A DNA stretch of 64,000 nucleotides from Octopus vulgaris (lineage: Eukaryota): the NCBI GenBank assembly GCA_951406725.2, contig OX597815.1, positions 63,860,001-63,924,000 on the forward strand. Direction: 5' to 3'. Below are positions 53,806-64,000 of this stretch, in pieces (positions within the stretch are counted from its first letter, which is position 1; every line of letters starts with the position of its first letter). The position numbers and the translations under genes were made by a program. The notes below the pieces were generated by a model that did no database searches, was not told where the DNA came from, and worked only from the letters and a program-made list of their open reading frames with translations.

Positions 53806-53806
<1 letters not shown>
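53701..53806 (-). mobile_element. Short inverted Penelope ORF fragment
   Basis: THQYLTFKLCHPPHTKRNIPYC, homologous to 51978-52083. Confidence 0.8.
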
Positions 53807-53860
<54 letters not shown>

Positions 53861-53863
<3 letters not shown>

Positions 53864-54327
53864 TCTTTATTAGCCACAGGGGGCTAGACACAGACGGGAC
53901 AAATTACAAAGTAGAGCTTTTCTTTTTGGGGAGAAAAAAAAAGGAGTGGGGTAGGTTTTCGATCAATAGGGATCGTGTATCACAGAAATGTCATGATGTA
54001 AAGCGTAAAGGGAGAAGCAGATAAGGTTTATCCGTCGAAAGAAAAGCCTACGGAAAATATCACGGTAACCTCGGTTATTAATGTCACATGTTAACACATT
54101 TATTTGCAAGTAACTCTCTGTTTTAAATTTTCCGGGTTCATAGGATTATACTCAATGTGGCTTCGTCATTCATAGGTGCCATCCTTGCTACATGCACCCA
54201 TTTTTTTTAAACATTCGCTAGCCAAAACTTGCCTCTCTACTCTCACTTTACTTTTCAATTGATACTTGAAGAAGTTGATGAGAGATTGACCAGAGAGGAA
54301 AGTGTTTGTCTCTAATCCTTTCAGACC

Positions 54328-54328
<1 letters not shown>
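53861..54328 (-). mobile_element. L1/Tx1-like LINE 3' end
   Basis: [32 protein letters not shown] (resembles ORF2 C-terminus); 3' UTR ending aataaag; (TA)n on both sides. Confidence 0.6.
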
Positions 54329-54420
<92 letters not shown>

Positions 54421-54566
54421 ATAACAATTTAATAAATAAAACATGTACATACATACATACATATATGTACATACCTACAAGCTTTATGAAAATAAACAAA
54501 AGACGAAGGCAGGTGGAAAACAAACGAACAATTGTATTAGTATGGCGCTCAGGAAATATAAATAAG

Positions 54567-54604
54567 TCTTTAACGTTTCGAGCCTACGCTCTTCAACAGA
54601 AAGA
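54567..54604 (-). ncRNA. Minimal PLE-type hammerhead motif with A6U change
   Basis: UCUUU-CUGUUGA-a-GAGC guag GCUC-GAAA-CG-UU-AAAGA. Confidence 0.6.
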
Positions 54605-54794
54605 TACACAGAGAGAGAAAAACACAGAAAGAAGGAGAGAAAAAAATGCGTGCAGTAGCTAACGAATCAACATGGCGATCTTATATATGGCCTGCTCGCT
54701 TAGCCAGCGGGGTGGTGTCATTCGAAGGCTAAAACAATGCGAATGCACTGTGACCAGCAATGTGTAGCAACATCTGATGGTCTGGTCGGTCATA

Positions 54795-54832
<38 letters not shown>

Positions 54833-55161
54833 CTAAACTTTCTCATTTGTAGGTATTGAAAATAGTTTAAAAGTTATTTGCTGATACCAAGATAATAGTT
54901 TTGCAAAGCTTCATAAATCACTGTTTTTTTTAATGCTTTTTAGTATTTCTGTTTAAACTTTTATCTTCCTCTAAGACACAGTAACGCAAGGGACAACATC
55001 GGTCAGTCAGTCATTAAATGCACAATAACACAAGAATTGCGCTTTGTTTACATTAATTTTGGAGGGTGTAAGGTCCTCTCTAATATAAGGCATGAAATTC
55101 TAGTCCTTTCTTCGGTCGTTCATTTCTGTTCTATTTATGAAAAAAAAAAGCACCCCGTCGC

Positions 55162-55457
55162 TTACGACGACGATTGTTTCAGATGATCCGATGAACGGAA
55201 CAGCCTACTCATGAATGTAACGTGCAAGTGTCTGAGCACTCCACAAACACGCGTATCCTCAAGGAGATTCAGTGGGACACAAAGAGTGACAAGACTGGCT
55301 CTTTTGAATGACAAGTACAATTCGTTTTTGCCAGATGAATGAACTAGAGCAGCGGGAAATAAAGTGTCTTGCGCAAGGACACAACGCACCGCCAGGAATT
55401 GAACTTACGACCTAACGATCACGTGCCAAATACCCTAACCACTAAACCACACGCCTT
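55162..55457 (-). mobile_element. tRNA-derived CORE-like SINE family C
   Basis: Head aaggcgtgtggtttagtggttaggg..gttcaattcctgg; tgtgtccttgcgcaagacactttatt. Confidence 0.85.
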
Positions 55458-56709
55458 CTATAACAGAAAGAATCATTACAGGACTGACTTGGAAAATTTT
55501 TAACAAGATTTTGGCTTTCACCGCAATTTCCATTAGTTTGTTATTCAGGAAACCTTAGGCTCTGTTCTTAATATTTCTCTTGCTGTTTTTACTTTCCTCT
55601 CCTCATCCTCCTTTGCTGCTTCTAAAATGCTGCTTGAATTTAGATAGCCCGTAGAACTATAAGCTGCCTGCAGTGTCACATGCTTGGTGGTGCCGCCTGT
55701 ATTTTGAAAATAACAGGGGGATTGAATATAATATATAAATATAACACATCATTTCTATATATCTTGATCGTCGTCGGAGACCAAGTCGCAGTTTCGAGCG
55801 ACGAAAATTCTGACACCATATTTACAAGCAATAAATGTTCAAGTGAACTTGGTAAGTTGTGTGTTTCTGAATTGTTAATAAATTGTAAGGAAACCTTTAT
55901 TCGGATGTTTACAGGTTTTCCTCCTTGTAAAGCCTCTTTAAAATACTTGTTAGCACGCCGAAAGTCAGCTTGCTCGACGAATCAATAACTTTATGAAGAC
56001 CAGTCCTATTGAGTAGCCTGTGGTGATATACATTTAGATTTACTTCGAGGTATTCATTCAAATTGTCGTCTATTTAAATCAGCATCTGTTTTGCACATTT
56101 ATTTTTAACTTTTGTCTATTATGGACTTCCATACAATAATACACTTTCCCATATGCAATACTAAACTGAATTGAAAAATAAATCTCGACGAACTGAGATT
56201 ATCCAAGTAATTAGTAATACAAAAAGCCCTCTCTAAGTATATTAAAAATCTAAAAATAACAAAAAAAAATAGTCAAAGTTATTGTACATTATAGACGATG
56301 GTGACAGGAATGGGTCTAGTTTTTTAAAGTTAACTAGAGAAAGTTACGGACAGATTTCGGTTTTAGGAGACGTCGTTAGCAATTATATTCCAAAGAGTTT
56401 GAGAACATTCGATCAACAGGAAGATTTATTTGCTAAATGATTGGATAATCAATTCAATTGATCGAAGTCACTATGTTATATATGTATGACATCTCTTTCT
56501 GCGCATATATTTTGTAGATCGCTCACCTGACTTAATACTTCTGTGCCACATTGCAGATATGCAATAATGAAAGTGTTTTTTTTGTTGTTTTTTTTTTATG
56601 GTTTATATAAAAACTAAAACTTGGAAATATTGGAAGAAAGTGTTTATGAAATATAATCATCATCTATGTCTGGTACTAAGTATTACATACATACATGCAT
56701 ACATATTCT

Positions 56710-57065
56710 CTTATCTTTTTACGTGTTTCAGTCATCTTGACTGCGGCCATGCCTTAAAGAGTCTTAGTCGAAGAAATCGACACTAGAACTTTGTAAGTCT
56801 GATACTTATTCTATCGGTGTCTTTTGCCGAACAGCTAAGTTACGGGGACATAAATACACCAACATCGGTCGTCAAGCAATGGGGGGGGGCACAAACACGC
56901 GCACATGCACACAGACACACACACACATATACGACGGGCTTCTTTCAGTTTCCGTCTACCAAATCCACTCATAAAGCCTTGGTCGGTCTGAGGCTATAAT
57001 AGCAGATGCTTGCCCAAGGTAACGTGCAGTGGAAATGAAACTTCTTACCACACAGCCACGCCTGC
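56710..57065 (-). mobile_element. SINE family B
   Basis: Reverse complement of 18202-18652 with internal deletions. Confidence 0.85.
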
Positions 57066-57089
57066 ATATGTAAATATATATACACATAC

Positions 57090-57550
57090 ACTGTTGAAAG
57101 GTATGATGCTGTGGTTTTTGTTTGGGAAAAATATCTCTTCATAGATATGACACAAAATAAATCGGAATGAGACGAACATTATCGCAGCAGTAACTCATTA
57201 GAACGACCGACACATTTCGCCCTGCCTGAAGGCTCGTCCTTGTTTTGTACCAGCTTGTCACTTCCGTAGGAAAAATATTCGGGCTTTAATATATAGAAAA
57301 CAGCGGATAATACATTCACTGTTGTTGCGGAAAGCTTGCCAGTCTATAAAAAATTCTATATACACAACTGAAACAGCATTAAAGGAAAATCACCATTAGT
57401 GTATCATACTAAATGCATATTCACCGTTGAAAGGTAAGATACTGTGATTTTAATGAAAATCTCTTCATAGACGTGTTAAAAACGCAATATATATCGGAGC
57501 AAGACAACCAGTGATTGCAGCAGTGTTTCACAAGAACTATAGACACAGTC
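57090..57550. repeat. Diverged direct repeat, ~335-bp period
   Basis: gttgaaaggta.gat.ctgtg..atctcttcataga..tcgga..agac..gcagcagt at ~57092 and ~57426. Confidence 0.65.
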
Positions 57551-57699
57551 CAACCTTCTTGTGGTGTGTTAATGCCATGCATCCATTACTCACAGAGATG
57601 GCGGTTTCAGTTTAATAATGTTCCGATTGCGAAAACCGAGGTTTTACAGCACGAATAGTAATTAACAATTTTGATTATTATATTAATTTTCCTTTATAA

Positions 57700-57915
57700 T
57701 TAAGTGGCAAACACGCAGAATCGTTAGCATGCCAGACAAAATGCTTAGCGGCAATACTTTCAGATTCACAATCTGAGTTCTAATCTGGCCGAGGTCGACT
57801 TTGCATTTCATCTTTTCAGCATCATTAGAATAAGTACCATTTGAGCCCTGGGGACGATGTAATAGATTAACCTCTGCTCACAAATTTCAGACCTCGTACC
57901 TATAATAGAAAGAAT
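57700..57915 (+). mobile_element. SINE family A
   Basis: gcagaatcgttagcatgcc..ctgagttc..gaggtcgactttgcatttcatc. Confidence 0.75.
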
Positions 57916-58700
57916 TCTCCATTGTTATTTCAAAAATTCTACAAAAAGATGTGATGCATCTTCTTCCCTAAAGTATACGACGCTCTGGGATGACTCCGAG
58001 CTCTTTGTACTTTGTCACCAACAAGAGATTTTTCTGCTCTTTTTAGTTATCCATTCATTTTATTTAGTTATTTACTTATTTACTTTGTGAAGCACCTACC
58101 CCCCAAAATTTGTCTCCCTGGGCCTGATGGAACGAAAAATTCTTGTTTTGTTAGTTACCAACGAACGTGAAACTATTTCTACCGGTACAGTATGAATCAT
58201 CAGGTAAACAAAAATAACAAATTAAGCCTAAAAAAATATATTTGTACTCACGTGTCCTTTTTATAACTGATAAACATACAACATTCTACAAAGGGTGTTT
58301 TCTTTTTTATCTATTTTTCCTGTATATTTTTTTCTTTTGCAAAAAAACGACAAACAAACGCCTGATGGTGTAAATGGTAGAGTGTTGAAGGAAGCCGGGC
58401 CTACATGAGATGTATGCCTTAACATTTCTCTCTCTTTCTTCCATTTTTTTATATATTTATATCGTCAAGAATGATTTGTGATTGATGGTTAAAGTGCCCC
58501 AGACTTGTGCAAATGAACTCGTCTGTGCGTCTGTCACACAGAAGGAAAAGAGCCAGCGGCGGTAAAAGAGGGTGGTGGTGGTGTGGGGTGGGGCGAATGG
58601 ATAAGAAGAAGAAAGAAAAAAAGAAAGAAAGAAAGAAAGGAAGAAAGAAGAAAGAAAGAAGAAATGAAAATGAAAAAGACAAGAAACGTAAACAGGCAGT

Positions 58701-58756
<56 letters not shown>

Positions 58757-58761
58757 TAGAC

Positions 58762-58809
<48 letters not shown>

Positions 58810-58875
58810 GGACTGGGGCCACAAACTTGTTGGGCATTAGGTGCATTCGAATTTCAAGTGTATTTATATACACAT

Positions 58876-58944
<69 letters not shown>

Positions 58945-59589
58945 CGGATTTGGGCATGTGTGTGAGTGCGTGTGTATATATATATATATATATATGTATA
59001 TACACACATACATATATTCATAGATATACATATATATATATACATACATATATATATATACATATATATATACACACACACACATATATGTATATACATT
59101 AATTTTCTATACACCAGACGCACACGCTCATATACAATTTTTTATACAACACGCACACACAACACACGTGTCCATGAATATCTACATTATACATACATAC
59201 ATACATACATACATACATACATACATACATACATACATACATACATACATACATACATACATACCACACCTGTAAAATAAATAAGCAAACAGAGGCAAGA
59301 TCTTGCTAAAAGAAAACCAAGCGAAAAAGGAAGAGGAGAAGGCGGGAGAGAGAGAGAGTGGCAAGTGTCCAAAGCTTTTCACGTTGGTATAGTGTCGTGC
59401 AGTTCGATTGCCATCGGCGGGTCTGTGCCGGTGTGTGTGTGTGTCTGTGTGTGTCTGTGTGTGTTTTTATATGTTTTATATATATGCATGTATATATATG
59501 TATATGTATGTATATATACATTTATATGCATATATTTACACACACATATATTCATATATACGTATATATATATATATATGTATATGCTT

Positions 59590-59620
<31 letters not shown>

Positions 59621-59622
59621 AC

Positions 59623-59665
<43 letters not shown>

Positions 59666-60151
59666 CATATATATACACAGATTTATATTAAGTATGTATG
59701 TATTATGAATGTAGATGTATGTTTGTATGAATGTATTTACGTATAGATACAAAAAATATTTGTCCGACACAAACAACAAAATAATCCACTCCACACGCAT
59801 TGACACAAAGCCCGCACTGAGGGCCGAGCCTGGCGTTACAGCAAGCACTCAGACTGCCTTTGGCGACGGTGCTCTTGATTGTTTTTACATCGTGGCAAAT
59901 GGCCGCGGCGATGACAGCGACGGTGGCGACGACGGCGAGAATGTAGTTGTTGTCAGTGGTGGTGGTGGTGGTGTTGGCAAGGCTGGAAATGTTCGTGAAG
60001 GCGTTGGTGATGGTGATGGTGTTGCTGGTGAGGATGGTGCTGGTGATGGTGGAGTTGTAGATGAAAGTACAATGTCTCCCGTTATTTTTCGTTACGGCCA
60101 TGTAATTTCATAAATGTGTGGTGAGTGCGCGATGATGTTCTTGGCCAGTCC

Positions 60152-60236
<85 letters not shown>

Positions 60237-60502
60237 TATTGTTGCACTAACCTGTTTGTGTGTATGGGGGGGGGGGCAATGAAGTCAGACAAAGGAACGC
60301 AAACCGATAAGGGTGACATTTGAACGGGTAATACAACCACAGTGATTCAAAGGCCGTAGCGTGTACGTAACATCGGAAAGAATCGAGCTCGGGTGTTTAT
60401 GCTGTGTGTGTGTGTGTGTGTGCAACGCATTTGTGTAGACGAAACTTCGCAGTTACTGTCTATATTTTCTTTGTATTGTGATGCTCCTTCAGTTAATGTA
60501 TA

Positions 60503-61590
60503 CAGGGTATGCGTTTGCAATCCAGGAACAAAAAGTATCAACCAGATACCTGATGCACAAAAGAGATTGGGATGCAGGAAAAGCAGTAAAATGTGACAAC
60601 CGTTGCAGACTTTGTTGAGTTAACACCGAAGATATCACCCACATCATAAGCAGTCGTCCGAAAATGTCATCATGGTATTATCTACCGATAAGGCATGATG
60701 TAGCTGGGACACTGTATAATGAGATCCGTCGGAAGGATAACACCGAAGCCTAAGAAATAAGAACCTGCACTATGGTACAGGCAATAGTTACAAGTAATAA
60801 AATGAAGTAATGCTGAAATGTCCCAGTGAAAACCTCAATAAAATGTAAGCGACATAGACTTGACATAGTAATATGGGATAGAGAAGAGAGAAACTGTGTA
60901 CTGTTGTGGAAATCAGCTTCCCAGCGCATATTCACATAAAGACATAAAGCTAAATATCAGCGAAAAAGAAAATACCTAAGCTGAACTATTGAGGAATCTA
61001 CGGCTACTCTATCCAGATTTCAAATTCAGGTTTTTAGCTGTAACTATTGGTGCCTGGGATATGTAACACACTGCCTAAATACCAATCTTGACAAATTAGG
61101 CTTCTCAAAGTCAAAAAGGAGAAAGTTGATTGAAAGACTATAAATCCAGTCCATCACTGGAACTGTAAAAATCTGTAAAACTTTCCAGAAGTTTCTTATT
61201 TAAGTACATATGATCGTGTCTAGACATGCAACTATATGCCTGAAAATACATACACAAAAGAAAGCATACAAATCTGCTTACGTACATATACACATACATA
61301 CATACATACATACATACATACATACATACATACATACCCACAAACATACATACATACATACATACATATATACATGCATACATACATACAAAAATACATA
61401 CATACACACATACATACATGCATACATACATACATACATACATACATACATACATACATACATACATGCATACATACATACATACTCTGTTGGTGTGGAA
61501 ATTCTTATGAAAGAGCCTTGATCTAGGTTAGAAACCGCTTCTTCCTCTATTGGCAAGAAATCTTGAAATAAACTGAATAATGACATGCAT
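60503..61590 (+). mobile_element. RLE LINE 3' fragment with complete 3' UTR, (CATA)n family
   Basis: GYAFAIQEQ..KAVKCDNRCRLC..EDITHIIS..RHDVA..ICKTFQKF; UTR with internal (CATA)n. Confidence 0.85.
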
Positions 61591-61739
61591 AGTTACATGC
61601 ATGCATGAAGATTATGTCATATTTCTGTGGAAGCAGCTGCCCAAAAATGCCATCAAAGTATCCCCTCCTTGTGCGACACGACGTTTTCGCTAAAACAATA
61701 TACATGTCGTTCGAAAAAAATTCTCGTAATAAATATAGA

Positions 61740-62235
61740 GAATCCCCTTCTTATTAGATACATACACACATATCAGTACAAGCAATATTGGTGGAACATT
61801 CCCATCAAAACATGTCTAGTGTAAGCATAACAAGCCAGATATTGTTGTTTGGGACAGCCAAAAAAAGTGCGTACTGCCATAAAGGTCAGTTGTGCTGCTG
61901 ATGTGAATATCTCCTTGAAAACCATAGAGAAAGAGGTTAACTATGGACAACTGCTTCGAAACCAATAACTTTTATATTCAGAATATAAATTCATTTATAC
62001 CAATAATAATTGATTCACTTGGTTTTGTGAGTAAATGCCCAAGTGACAATCTAGATAAACAAGGGTTTGTAGAAAAAGAAAAAAAAACAATTAATTCGCA
62101 CATTACAAATACAATCAGTACTTGGAATAGTAAAATTATGCAAGACTTTTCAAAAGTCTACGATAAAAGCTTTGTATCTTCGGTAGAAACCAACTTCTTC
62201 CTCAGATGAAGGATTGAAATAATTGAACACGGAAG
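61740..62235 (+). mobile_element. Related RLE LINE endonuclease fragment
   Basis: YWWNIPIKTC..KHNKPDIVVWD..VSCAADVNISLK..FIPIII. Confidence 0.7.
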
Positions 62236-63231
62236 AGAACAAACATAGATATGTCTGTACGTACGTAGGTATGTACGTACGTACGTATGTATGTATGTAT
62301 GTATGTATGTATGTATGTATGTATGTATGTATTATGTATGTATGTATGTATGTATGTATGTATATAATAGTGCATGCACTAGAAATAGCAACTAGCATGA
62401 AGCTTAACGATAGAACCTCTCGATGGTCTTTTTTGTGCTGCGATACACACACAAACACACACACAGACGTGCGTGTGTGTGTACTGGGTCTTCACGGGCT
62501 TTTCCGTGGCAGCAGATAAGACTTACTTTTAGTTTAGTAGCCATGAGCTGGAAATGGAGTTGAATGATAATATATCGTCATAAAAGGCGAGACATGTTTT
62601 ATGTTAGACCGAATTCGAACTTTTGTTAATTTATACTTAATACTTTTGATTTTTGATTTCCATTGATTAATTCGGGTGTATTTATTTTATAATTTAGATT
62701 TTTCAATTTTTATTTCTATTAAATTATTTGTTATGACTTCTGTTGATTTTGCTCTTTATCAAGTAAATACTAAAAGTAGCATATGGGTATAGAATAAGAA
62801 ACTATATGTGATCCAGCAGTGGTCTCAAGGTCATTCACCTGATAACGTGGGAGTACACAACTATTGCTGGACCATGTTTAAGTAATATTTATATAATATG
62901 TATAATATGTGAAACACTCAGCAACTAAAAGCAGTAACCAGAGCACAGAAACAATTGTTGTGATTTGAATTAAAGCCTGTTCGTTCCAGCTTGTATTATA
63001 GATTCCTTTTTGTATGAATTCTACGTACAGTAACAAATTTCCATATGTATATCCAATAAGAGAGTATTGCTGCTGTATGATAGCATTTAGTTTCTGTTTA
63101 ATATACATACACACACACGCAAGCGGTAGGTCTGGGGGCGGGCGTGTGAGTGGGGCTGACGCGCGCACACAGAATAACGACATTTCTCTTACGTGTATGG
63201 AAGCAACGATAAGGGATGTGAAAGGTTATTC

Positions 63232-63297
<66 letters not shown>

Positions 63298-63753
63298 TGT
63301 GAATGTGGTTATGTGTGTACGTGCATGCGCGCGCGCGCGTGTGTGTGCTTGTATGTGTGTATTCATGTGCGATAGTTTGTCTAAGTGCGTCTGCTTTCTT
63401 TGTGTGGGCGTACGTACTCCTCCGGGGCGACGAAGACCCGCCAGCAGGAAAGTGATAAGGCGACTTGAAAAAGTAGGCGTATGGAGGTGGGCCGAGGCGT
63501 GTTGCCGCATGGGGTGGTGGAACGTAATTGTATATATGTTGTGAGAGATTGTGTGTGTGTGTGTGTGTGAAAGAGAGAGAGAGAGAGAGAGACTTCATTG
63601 TGAAAGTATATGTATATTCATATAGACGGTGGAGAACAGTGTGAAGCGATGATTTGTCTGGTATGATGGTATCTCAGTTCTCGTGTGTATGTATGTGTAT
63701 GTGTGTGCGTGTACATATGTGTGTATGTAAGTGCGTATTTGTGTTTCTTTGTT

Positions 63754-63792
<39 letters not shown>

Positions 63793-63862
63793 TGCTGGAG
63801 ACCATTGCAAACGCAATACGCGATATATGATACAAGAGCTGTAGATCTGTGTGAGTGAGTGT

Positions 63863-63927
<65 letters not shown>

Positions 63928-64000
63928 AGTTTGTGTGAGTGGCTTTATCTCAGTGCATGCAAATATAAGCACGTCTGACCGTCCCTTAAAATATGTATAT

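Overview
AT-rich, microsatellite-dense eukaryotic intergenic or intronic DNA. The tRNA-derived SINE families look like those of Octopus (cephalopod); this is recognition, not a database check. No intact host protein-coding gene is visible, and almost all ORF-track entries are translations of (AT)n, (CA)n, (CATA)n or trinucleotide repeats. Recognisable content: many SINEs; decayed non-LTR retrotransposons (two RLE-type R4/Dong-like families sitting in (TAA)n and (CATA)n, CR1/L2-like 3' ends, an L1/Tx1-like 3' end); Penelope-like element (PLE) remnants; several Helitrons, one with a decayed STPR-like 23-aa-repeat ORF; a mariner fragment; hAT-type MITEs; and a possible solo LTR. The main finding is about 12 type I hammerhead ribozyme (HHR) motifs, read by eye on both strands, inside short (TA)n-flanked PLE-derived elements. 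Three of these elements are large inverted repeats with one HHR per arm. The HHRs include natural U3:A8 core covariants, palindromic stem III sequences typical of dimer cleavage, and about 80-90-nt stem II insertions. A candidate housekeeping promoter and first exon lies near 24.5 kb, and a few unique islands carry Pbx-Hox/Meis-like motifs.
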